DNA from: a virus
Taxonomy: Duplodnaviria; Caudoviricetes
IMG/VR virus record: IMGVR_UViG_3300021431_000075
Span: 32,001 to 96,000 of that record
DNA length: 64,000 nucleotides
Direction: 5' to 3' (one strand)
The notes below the pieces were generated by a model, which was not told where the DNA came from, made no database searches, and was given only the letters and a program-made list of their open reading frames with translations. Positions 1-7,938 of this stretch are shown piece by piece (the stretch's first letter is position 1; every line of letters starts with the position of its first letter). A program made the translations under genes and the position numbers.

Positions 1-390
1 TGCCTGCGTGTTCTTCTTTTACAGCCCGTGTTCTCAACCAGCTTCCGTTCTTGCCGGCTTTCAGCCGCGCAATCTTCTTCTTCAAGGCAGACTTGAACAT
101 CTTTCCAAAGACCGTTGAAATATCGTTGTATCCAGAAAGGATTCTTTATGTTAATCGAACCATGTTCTCACGCCCGCGTCCCATTCCGCTTTTCCAGTCC
201 AGCCTGTTATCGGGACCGCTCTTCCATTCTTGCGTAACTTCTTTTATTTGGCGAAGTTGTATGCCGGATTCCGGGTTTCCATTCTCTTGATAGCGCATTC
301 TCATTTTCCATGCTTCTCGTCAGGATGTCCGGTGGCGCGTGTTCCACGCTTGGCATGATTCAGATTCTACTGAAAGACCGATATTGTTAA
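1..390 (-). other. Non-coding, relatively GC-rich region downstream of a late-type promoter; candidate structured RNA (runs off the window edge)
   Basis: GATAAATA on the minus strand at 393-400. All three minus frames hit stops between 390 and ~145. Local hairpins: GCGTG-GAA-CACGC, CCGG-AAT-CCGG, CGGC-TGAAA-GCCG. Confidence 0.3.
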
Positions 391-503
391 ATTATTTATC
401 AATGCGTAAAATGCCAAAAAATCGGTTTAATCATTGAAAAATCGTGAAAAATCGACCTTTTTAGACACGTTTTGCATAGATAACCCCTAAAAAGAACCAG
501 AAA

Positions 504-779
504 TCAGTGTTTTTCTTGTTCATTTGCAAGTGAATCTTTTGCTTTGGTTGTGGCTGCAATATCCAGAATGCTTGCCGAGTCAACAGGATACCTTGCGTCT
601 ATGAGTTCCCTGACGCTTCGGACTTCCGTCCTCAGGTTCTCGATTGAGTTGTAAGTGCGGGGGTTCGTCACGAAATTCTGCCATGCGATGCTCAGCGTTA
701 TGAATATGATTATCGCGACTGACAGGACACATGAGCACGTGTTGTAGCACTTTTTTGGTTGTTCGCTTGTGTCAATCAT
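504..779 (-). CDS. Small single-pass membrane protein
   Basis: 91-aa ORF with one hydrophobic stretch (VLSVAIIIFITLSIAW) followed by a short coiled-coil-like segment. Late-type motif at 882-889. Confidence 0.65.
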   Translation of the reverse strand: MIDTSEQPKKCYNTCSCVLSVAIIIFITLSIAWQNFVTNPRTYNSIENLRTEVRSVRELIDARYPVDSASILDIAATTKAKDSLANEQEKH

Positions 780-981
780 TTCATTTTGAATGTTATATTT
801 GTTAAACGAGCTAAGAACTGAAAGTTTTATCTCAAAAAAACTTCATATTGATAACTTTTGTCGATTTCGTCCTTCTAAAACTATTTATCATTGTGGTGTT
901 TTTGCAGAATTAAAAAGAAAAATAGCGTCAATTTCAAGGAACTTTTCTGATGTTCATTGAAAAAGACGCAGTTTTTTGTGG

Positions 982-1488
982 CTACTGGTTGTTCTCGCTT
1001 GCCGGATTGAAATTCTCATATGACTCGACAAGATGACCAATCATCTTCTCGTATGTCTCCTTGACGAACTGGCAGTCGTCCTTAAGGACCTTGAGCTGAT
1101 TCAAGGACTTGTCATCCGGATGGTTTCTCGACACATAGTCGATTTCTATGTCAATCATTCGCTCGTAGTTCTCGAACATCGTGCGGATCTGCTTCTGCAG
1201 CATCTTTGTCGAGATGACCACGTTGGAGACGTCATAGACATAACGGTCGTAGAATACAGTCGTCTTGCACTTCTCGTTAAGTTCGCTGATTTCAGCCCTG
1301 ACATCTTCCATGTCATAAGACATATAAATACGCTGCGTCACGAAGTACAGGCCGCCGAAAGCGACGACCACGATGAGCAGGTTCCTGAGCCAGACCGGCA
1401 TTCCGTCAAAGAACTTTTTCCCGAAGCTCGTGATTTTCTTGCCGAAACCGTCAGGAATCTTCACCACGAGATTCTTGATGTCTAACAT
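982..1488 (-). CDS. Single-pass membrane protein with helical soluble domain
   Basis: 168 aa with TM segment LLIVVVAFGGLYFV. Late-type motif at 1550-1557. Downstream GCGTC...GACGC hairpin at ~925-970. Confidence 0.7.
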   Translation of the reverse strand: MLDIKNLVVKIPDGFGKKITSFGKKFFDGMPVWLRNLLIVVVAFGGLYFVTQRIYMSYDMEDVRAEISELNEKCKTTVFYDRYVYDVSNVVISTKMLQKQIRTMFENYERMIDIEIDYVSRNHPDDKSLNQLKVLKDDCQFVKETYEKMIGHLVESYENFNPASENNQ

Positions 1489-1614
1489 TTTGGTGAATAA
1501 GATAACTTTTGTTTTAGATTAGCGTTAAAAGGCGTTCCAGCCGTTTCATTATTTATCATCATGCACAAACGGAAAGAGGCAGAAAATCCGTATACATTAT
1601 ATAGAAGCAGAGAA

Positions 1615-1632
1615 AATAAATATCTTATAATA
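1615..1632 (+). promoter_or_regulatory. Extended phage late-type promoter RATAAATATCTTATAATA
   Basis: The same motif occurs at 2435-2452(+), 15773-15790(-) and 51602-51619(-), with variants at 42833-42850(-) and ~63773-63789(-). It is always intergenic and just upstream of a co-oriented start. The core resembles the T4 late promoter TATAAATA. Confidence 0.75.
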
Positions 1633-1662
1633 AAGAAATCACAAACAACCCAGATTTAGGCA

Positions 1663-2403
1663 ATGACACAAAAGGAAATGCTAAAGTGGCTGAAGAACGA
1701 GGTCACGATGTCGGGAACCATCAGCATATCAATAACCGACGCGGAGTACGAGCGAATCATGGACAAGGAAATCCAGATGGTGTACCAGCTGTATCCTGTG
1801 GCTGCGAAGCACCAGTTCTTCATCATCCATCCGCAGCAGTTCAGGACGCCGGAGTTCAGAAGGAACAGGACCATCCAGTTTCCGGACTGCGTCCTGCAGG
1901 TGTCGAGATTCGAGGAGATGAGGAACCGCAACATGATATACGGATTTGCGGACCCGGACTTCGCGTTCAACAAAACGTTCATGGCTGACATGTGGATAGG
2001 CTCGATGATGAACCTCGACTCGACGATGTTCAGAACCCTGCAGTGGTCGATAGCGGACCAGCTCAAGCAGTTCACGCTCATAGACATCAAGCATGTTTAC
2101 AACGAGGCTGACCACACGCTGCTCGTGACAGGTCACGACCCGCACGTCCCTGTCTATTGCGAGGTCTATACGAAAGTTCCTGCAACCGAACTGTACGACG
2201 ACCCTTGGGTTAGGCAATGGATTGCAGCGAAATGCAAGCTGAACGTGGCAAAGACCATCGGAACGTTCACGTCGAACCTGATAGGCGGAGTTACGGTAAA
2301 CTACAACATATACACGGAAGAGGCGAACAACGACATCAACGACTGCAAGGAATGGTGGAAGAACCTGCGTGACGAGAACCACTTCTTCTACACGACTCCG
2401 TAA
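1663..2403 (+). CDS. Neck / head-tail adaptor protein, T4 gp13-like
   Basis: The N-terminus (MTQKEMLKWLK...ISITDAEYERIMD) and C-terminus (DPWVRQWIAAKCK...GTFTSNLIGGVTVN...EEANNDI) follow the gp13 pattern (W-x-K-x-Y...K...G...K-F...L-P-G-G-V-T-L-N...EA). Confidence 0.8.
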   Translation: MTQKEMLKWLKNEVTMSGTISISITDAEYERIMDKEIQMVYQLYPVAAKHQFFIIHPQQFRTPEFRRNRTIQFPDCVLQVSRFEEMRNRNMIYGFADPDFAFNKTFMADMWIGSMMNLDSTMFRTLQWSIADQLKQFTLIDIKHVYNEADHTLLVTGHDPHVPVYCEVYTKVPATELYDDPWVRQWIAAKCKLNVAKTIGTFTSNLIGGVTVNYNIYTEEANNDINDCKEWWKNLRDENHFFYTTP

Positions 2404-2434
2404 TTGCCGAGCAGCGTTCTGACTGTCATTTGAT

Positions 2435-2452
2435 GATAAATATCTTATAATA
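2435..2452 (+). promoter_or_regulatory. Extended late-type promoter
   Basis: GATAAATATCTTATAATA, 25 nt upstream of ATG 2478. Confidence 0.75.
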
Positions 2453-2477
2453 GAGAAAATACGACACATTATATATA

Positions 2478-2858
2478 ATGAGAAAACTTACACTTGAACA
2501 GCTTGACGCATATGCAAAAAGACTTTCTTCCGGACAGGTTGGAAAATTGTACGAGTCTTTCACCGGAACAAAGCACGTGGGCTACATCGCGGAAACAGCA
2601 GGCATCGACGAGAACAAGTTCTACACCGTATATCTTCCGCTGACTGCGTTCCCGAATGACATTGACGAGTCAGACTTCCTCATCGCCCTGAAGAAAATCA
2701 AGTACGACGACATCCAGTACAAGCAGACACAGACCGGACTTTATGCATACACGGAGCATTGCGACACGTACATCAAGATTCTTGAACTGATTAGGGACCT
2801 TGGCTATGCTGGATATGCAGACAAGGTTGAACCGGGCTACGAAGAATATCTTCAATAA
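2478..2858 (+). CDS. Hypothetical protein, possibly a head-associated late protein
   Basis: 126-aa ORF directly behind a late-type promoter. Contains LYE and IAE tripeptides near the N-terminus. Confidence 0.7.
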   Translation: MRKLTLEQLDAYAKRLSSGQVGKLYESFTGTKHVGYIAETAGIDENKFYTVYLPLTAFPNDIDESDFLIALKKIKYDDIQYKQTQTGLYAYTEHCDTYIKILELIRDLGYAGYADKVEPGYEEYLQ

Positions 2859-2876
2859 AAACTAAACTGATATTTT

Positions 2877-3587
2877 ATGGGAATATTGGTTAGAAAGAAA
2901 AGGCTGTTCGAAGATGGGCAGCCGAACGGCAACCAGCCGCAGACAAACATTCCGCAGCAGACGACACCCAACGCCAACGGCGGCGGGGGCAACCAGCCAC
3001 AGACAAACAATCCGCAGCAGACGACACCGTACGACAACAGTCAATCTGGCGGTAACCAGCCACAGACAAACATTCCACAGGAGACGACACCGAACGACAA
3101 CGGGCAGCACGGCAACCAGCCGCAGACAAATCAGAAGCAAACGCCAGCAGCCGAGTTGAACACAAAAGTCCAAAACTGCGTGAACTTCCTCTCGCAGACT
3201 GTCGGAAAGAACGATCCGTTCGCACTAATGACATTAAACATCCCTGACAAAATCAAGGAGATGGTTCCGGAATTCAAGGCAGAGAACCCGAAAGCGAAGG
3301 ATGCGATTGGAGCCTGGGACAAGTTCAAGGCACAGCCATCCAAAGAGACATGGGACTCCTTTGTCAACATGTTCGTCGCTTTCGGAAACAGCGGGCTTGA
3401 AGAAGAGAAGAACAAGGTGAACCCGCAGCCAGCCACGACGCCGCAGGCAACGCAGGCAGTCCAGCAGACCATGCAGGGCGAAAGCATGAACCTCAACTTC
3501 TCTCACATGCTGAACGAGAGAATCGAGCTCAAGAAGAACATAAGGACAATCTGCAGAAGCATCGAGGACACTTATCTGGACGACTAA
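2877..3587 (+). CDS. Q/N/T/P-rich repeat protein, possibly virion-associated
   Basis: 236 aa. RLFE near the N-terminus and MLNE near the C-terminus. Contains GNQPQTN repeats. Confidence 0.75.
   Translation: MGILVRKKRLFEDGQPNGNQPQTNIPQQTTPNANGGGGNQPQTNNPQQTTPYDNSQSGGNQPQTNIPQETTPNDNGQHGNQPQTNQKQTPAAELNTKVQNCVNFLSQTVGKNDPFALMTLNIPDKIKEMVPEFKAENPKAKDAIGAWDKFKAQPSKETWDSFVNMFVAFGNSGLEEEKNKVNPQPATTPQATQAVQQTMQGESMNLNFSHMLNERIELKKNIRTICRSIEDTYLDD
2928..3131 (+). repeat. Coding tandem repeat, ~3.3 copies of a 60-63 bp unit (GNQPQTNxPQxTTP...)
   Basis: GGYAACCAGCCRCAGACAAA starts at 2928, 2988, 3051 and 3111. Confidence 0.9.
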
Positions 3588-3611
3588 TCCAGCAAACGAC
3601 ACCGATAAAAA

Positions 3612-4430
3612 ATGAAGAAAAAAATATTTGACATAAGAGCCGGTCACTACATCCTGACAGAAGATGACTCGAGTTCAGCATCAACTGACACGACGCAACA
3701 GACAGGCAGCGAGAACAAGCCGCAGGACCAGCCGAAGCAGCAGAATGCAGTGATGAACAAGTCTGTCGAGTCAAGTCCGGACATACAGAAAGTCAACGCA
3801 GCAGTAGAAGCCGAGAACAAACGGTACTCCGACAGCAAGGCTCATGCACAGACAACATACACGACGCAGAAGACAGCCGCCGAGGATGCAATCAACAAGG
3901 CTCTTGCCGATGCCGGTCGCCAGTATGCGGAAACTTCATTCGACTCGGTACAGACGAACCCGGCAGTCATCACGGCAAAGAAGAACATGCTCGACCTTGA
4001 GCTGAAATATGCAGAAGCGATGGCTAAACTGGAAGTCGACCATGCAAGGAACATCCACAGAATCGAGAACGAAAGACTGCAGATTTTCAGCAAGATGAAC
4101 AACGAGAGCATCAACAGGCTCCCTCTGAAGTACAGAAGGTTCCTAAACGAGAGCAACATTCATCAGGCAAAAATATACATGGGAAATCTGGTCCAGAACG
4201 ACGACGAGCACATCATCAAGGACATGAACGACTTCAAGAGAGTATTCCGCGACTCCGCTCTTGTATATGGAAAGGACAAGAACGGATACTATACGCTGTG
4301 CATCGATCAGGAAGACTTCGACAAGCTGTACAACACGCTGCAGGAAGCAGGCTATATGCGTGACGAGATTTTCGCGGTCGTGATGCCGCAGGTTCTTGAC
4401 AGGAGCTCGATGATTGACTCGAAGAAATAA
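3612..4430 (+). CDS. Hypothetical coiled-coil protein, possibly head-associated
   Basis: 272 aa with ILTE, MNNE and FLNE motifs, a central helical region and a small C-terminal alpha/beta domain. Confidence 0.75.
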   Translation: MKKKIFDIRAGHYILTEDDSSSASTDTTQQTGSENKPQDQPKQQNAVMNKSVESSPDIQKVNAAVEAENKRYSDSKAHAQTTYTTQKTAAEDAINKALADAGRQYAETSFDSVQTNPAVITAKKNMLDLELKYAEAMAKLEVDHARNIHRIENERLQIFSKMNNESINRLPLKYRRFLNESNIHQAKIYMGNLVQNDDEHIIKDMNDFKRVFRDSALVYGKDKNGYYTLCIDQEDFDKLYNTLQEAGYMRDEIFAVVMPQVLDRSSMIDSKK

Positions 4431-4454
4431 GCATTATTGATAATAACATATTTC

Positions 4455-4503
4455 AGACTCTTGAACTCTGAACATCGCATACAGAAGTTCAAGAGTCTTT
4501 TTT
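4455..4503 (+). terminator. Intrinsic terminator
   Basis: AGACTCTTGAACT...AGTTCAAGAGTCT stem followed by a T-tract. Confidence 0.8.
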
Positions 4504-4525
4504 GAAAAACTTGAAACATCGAAAA

Positions 4526-6193
4526 ATGAACAATACGATATTCGGAGACAGTTACTACGACATGTACGGTTCGAAAGCCACAAGCAACACATTGAAAGAT
4601 GCAAAACCGGCAAAGCCTATCGAAAGAAAGCAAGCAACGAACAATTTCAATAAATACTACAACATGCACACATCGAAGCGCAGCAGTTCATTCAATACGT
4701 TCGAAAGCTTCGGAGCGACAAGAAGCAAGTCATTCTATGCAATCAAGCAAGGACTTCCGTATAAGTCATACAACGAGTACAAAGACCGATTCAAGGATGC
4801 ACTAATGCAACTTGAAACCGATGTATTGGTTCATAATTCTGATGTCAATAACAAGAAATGCATCATCGTCGTTCCTGCTTATAAGACTACATTAACTAAA
4901 CTTGAAAAAATAAGCATACAACAGACAGTTGCAGTGTTCGGAAGCAAATATGAAATTGCAATCGTGTGTCCGAAAGGTCTTGACCTGACAGAATACTACA
5001 AGCACACTGCTAATTTCAAGTTTGCAGTTCTTGAAGTGTCTCCGAAATGGTTCACTGCAATTTCAAGTTATTCAAGGCTATGCGAAGAGCCTGCGTTCTA
5101 CAAGCACTTCCTTGACTATGAGTACATGCTGATTTGCCAGCTTGATGCATATGTTACAGAAGATATGCTGGATAAGTTCATTGCATATGGTTTCGACTAC
5201 TACGGAGCGCAAGTCAGATGCTTTAGACGGATATACTACAACGGCGGTCTGTCACTAAGAAGGACAAGAGCGGTATATGATACAGTTTGCGCAAACACAA
5301 ACACTATTCTATTTCCGGAAGACTGTTACCTATGCACGACAAAGAAAAAGCCTTTGAAAGTCAATTCTCTTGCAGTATCAAAAAAGTTTGCTATTCAAGT
5401 CAATAACATGTTCAATGATTCCGGAGTATTCGGTTATCACTACATAGACAAGATTCCATTTAATAAGATTTCATCTGTCATTGCAAAAACATTCAAGGGA
5501 CAGCATTTAGAAGCTCCGAAAAACAAGACTGTCGTGTTCACATGCATAACAGGCAACTATGATCAACTATTAAAACTTGATTACATCAATCCGTCATATG
5601 ACTACATATGCTACACAGACAACATGTCAATGCAGTCAAACGGATGGTTGCTCAGAAAAATCCCAGAAAACCTTAAGAACTTGTCAAACAGCAAGATAAA
5701 CCGTTATATAAAGTGGCACCCGCATGAGTTCTTTCCAGATTATGACTTGTCAATATACATAGACGGATGCATCAACATACTGTCAGACTTCACAGAAATA
5801 ATCGAGAGATACCCGTCAGACTTTGACATTCTGGTTCCGAAACACAGTCTCACGACCTGCATATACCAAGAAGCAAGGAACGTCTTGCGATGCAAGAAAG
5901 ACGTCAAAGAAAACTTCGAGAAACAACTGCAGATGATGAGAGACGAAGGCTTTCCGGCAAACTACGGAATGACTCAAAACAATATCCTCATCAGACACCA
6001 CAACAACAAAAACATGATAGATGTCGAAAACATCATGTGGAATGTCATCAAGAACGGCTCGCATAGGGACCAACTCGTTTACAAATATGCAGTATGGAAA
6101 AACGGTAACTTAAAAGAGTACATTCTTGACAAGAACACATGCAACTCTAAATACTTCTCTTGGAAAGCAACACACCCGAAACCAAAAAAGTGA
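4526..6193 (+). CDS. Two-domain glycosyltransferase-like protein (DUF5672-like + DUF616/TOD1-MUCI70-like)
   Basis: First domain: IIVVPAYK...YEYMLICQLDAYV...FDYYGA...NGGLSLR...PEDCY...FGYH. Second domain: VVFTCITGNYD...YICYTD...SIYIDG...SHRDQL. ATG 4526 is preferred over the TTG at 4502. Confidence 0.75.
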   Translation: MNNTIFGDSYYDMYGSKATSNTLKDAKPAKPIERKQATNNFNKYYNMHTSKRSSSFNTFESFGATRSKSFYAIKQGLPYKSYNEYKDRFKDALMQLETDVLVHNSDVNNKKCIIVVPAYKTTLTKLEKISIQQTVAVFGSKYEIAIVCPKGLDLTEYYKHTANFKFAVLEVSPKWFTAISSYSRLCEEPAFYKHFLDYEYMLICQLDAYVTEDMLDKFIAYGFDYYGAQVRCFRRIYYNGGLSLRRTRAVYDTVCANTNTILFPEDCYLCTTKKKPLKVNSLAVSKKFAIQVNNMFNDSGVFGYHYIDKIPFNKISSVIAKTFKGQHLEAPKNKTVVFTCITGNYDQLLKLDYINPSYDYICYTDNMSMQSNGWLLRKIPENLKNLSNSKINRYIKWHPHEFFPDYDLSIYIDGCINILSDFTEIIERYPSDFDILVPKHSLTTCIYQEARNVLRCKKDVKENFEKQLQMMRDEGFPANYGMTQNNILIRHHNNKNMIDVENIMWNVIKNGSHRDQLVYKYAVWKNGNLKEYILDKNTCNSKYFSWKATHPKPKK

Positions 6194-6222
6194 TGAAGAT
6201 TAGGCTCTTCATCACTTTCTTT

Positions 6223-7053
6223 TTATAATTTAAGCAAGTCGCCGATCCGCTTTTCATCATTCCTGTCTTTGTAATGAAACAATCCCATCGTCGGCATAAA
6301 TGTAAGTTCTCCGAGATAAACTCTATCATTGATTTCATAGAAATCACACCTGACAAACTTGAATGGACTTGAGAGTTTCCTGCTATACTCTATCATTTCA
6401 TCAAGATGGTTTGGCTTTGGAGCAATGTTCGGATTTCTCTTATAATCTGCTTCTATTAATTCAAGACTCATTGGTTTATATGAAAGATCATAAAAACAGT
6501 ATTTGTGCGACTGTATTCCCATAACATATTTCGGTTCTCCATTAAAGCAGAAGAACTTATAATCAGAAGGACTCAACTTCATTTCATTGCACATATTCTT
6601 CTCTATAAATATCCGTCTCGGAATATCATGGTAATGCGCTTCGCAACCGCCATGAAAGAATGTATAATCAGTAGCCATCCATTTCTCAAGTTTCTTGATA
6701 GAACCAGCAACATCCATTTGATTTCTGTCATTAACTATGATATTCATTCCGGAACCGTGATTGCATTTCATAACGAACTTTTCAGGCAGTTCAAACCATT
6801 TAATGTTATTGACCGAATTATAGACATCAATAATCGGAATGCACAAATCTTCTCCGATTTTCTCTTTGCAATAATCATGTACACGAATCTTATCTGCACA
6901 AACACACTTCAACTTCATCGGATGATAAAGATTAAGCCAGTTCATCTTATCTTGAATTGTAACGGGATTCTTCAGATTCAAAGTGACACCGCGTCTCTTT
7001 GCAAGTTTAAGAATATCATTTAAATACTTTCTCTGATCATATGAATATTCCAT
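6223..7053 (-). CDS. TupA-like ATP-grasp fold amidoligase (polysaccharide-modification type)
   Basis: NPVTIQDKMNWL, ADKIRV, LPEKFVMKCNHGSG, DYKFFCFNGEP, FVRCDFY and YLGELTFMP are the typical motifs of this family. Late-type motif at 7079-7086(-). Confidence 0.85.
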   Translation of the reverse strand: MEYSYDQRKYLNDILKLAKRRGVTLNLKNPVTIQDKMNWLNLYHPMKLKCVCADKIRVHDYCKEKIGEDLCIPIIDVYNSVNNIKWFELPEKFVMKCNHGSGMNIIVNDRNQMDVAGSIKKLEKWMATDYTFFHGGCEAHYHDIPRRIFIEKNMCNEMKLSPSDYKFFCFNGEPKYVMGIQSHKYCFYDLSYKPMSLELIEADYKRNPNIAPKPNHLDEMIEYSRKLSSPFKFVRCDFYEINDRVYLGELTFMPTMGLFHYKDRNDEKRIGDLLKL

Positions 7054-7133
7054 TAGTTTCAATCAATTTTGCTATTGCTATTTATCAACAAAATCGGCGT
7101 TTTCAAATAAATACAAAAACCATAAAAACGCTT

Positions 7134-7931
7134 ATGGCATCTTTATCGCAGGAAGGCTTCAACTTCCTGAAAGGTCTCGAAGGATACAAGAACAAGCCGT
7201 ATCATCTCAAAGGCGAGAAATACTACACGGTCGGTCTCGGTCACTACGGTCCAGACGTAAACCCGAACCGCATATACACTGATGCAGAATGCATGGCTTT
7301 CTTTGCGGAAGACAAGAAACGATTCGAGATCGATGTCAACAAGGTCTGGCACGAGCCGATGACACAGAACATGTTCGACGCTCTGTTCTCGATGGCTTAC
7401 AACCACGGAAACGTTTCGAGAACCATTCTCAAGAACCTGTGTGCCGGAAACGGATACATGGACCGAGAGAAGATAACGAAAGCTTGGTGCAACATGTACA
7501 CCGTGAACGGTCTCCTGACAAACAGAAGAAAGAAGGAAGTCGCGTTTTTCTACGGAGTGGATTCCGTAACTCCGCTTCTATCTTCCCCATCATCGCCATC
7601 CGGAACCGCTCCGTACTCTCCGGCGACGACTTCGATTTACTCATCCGGAACCGACTACTCGCAGCCACCTATGCCGAATCCGAACTATCCGACATATGAA
7701 TCTGCTTTCAGTGGAACCAGACTCGGCACAAGCACTCTGCAGTCGCAGACGATTGTGAAGAACAGTCAAGAGCATACAAGAATATATACATCGACAGAAA
7801 TAGACCCGTCTAAAAGAATCAAGGTTGACGAACTCTCGATTCCGATTTCAGAAGCGGACTTGTCAGACACAGACATGGCTAACAAAATAAGTTTCAATGA
7901 AATAGACACGACAACGAACACAAACGCTTAA
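7134..7931 (+). CDS. GH24 phage lysozyme with S/P-rich linker and C-terminal extension
   Basis: LSQEGFNFLKGLEG...YTVGLGHYG...TQNMFDALFSMAYNHG...GLLTNRRKKE. Start placed at ATG 7134, behind AATAAATA at 7106-7113. Confidence 0.85.
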   Translation: MASLSQEGFNFLKGLEGYKNKPYHLKGEKYYTVGLGHYGPDVNPNRIYTDAECMAFFAEDKKRFEIDVNKVWHEPMTQNMFDALFSMAYNHGNVSRTILKNLCAGNGYMDREKITKAWCNMYTVNGLLTNRRKKEVAFFYGVDSVTPLLSSPSSPSGTAPYSPATTSIYSSGTDYSQPPMPNPNYPTYESAFSGTRLGTSTLQSQTIVKNSQEHTRIYTSTEIDPSKRIKVDELSIPISEADLSDTDMANKISFNEIDTTTNTNA

Positions 7932-7938
7932 TCTCATC

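Noticed and set aside
504-1488. Spanin or holin assignment for the two membrane proteins
   Set aside because: Single TM plus helical domain is compatible, but no clear lipobox partner or adjacent endolysin supports the call.
1033-2469. Long antisense ORFs (1033-1485 +, 1729-2469 -) and the many short ORFs opposite array genes
   Set aside because: These are shadow frames of well-supported genes on the other strand, with no motifs, promoters or plausible composition.
2928-3131. 60-bp periodic repeat as a mini CRISPR array
   Set aside because: Units are in frame inside a CDS, vary at synonymous positions, and the 'spacers' are similar to each other.
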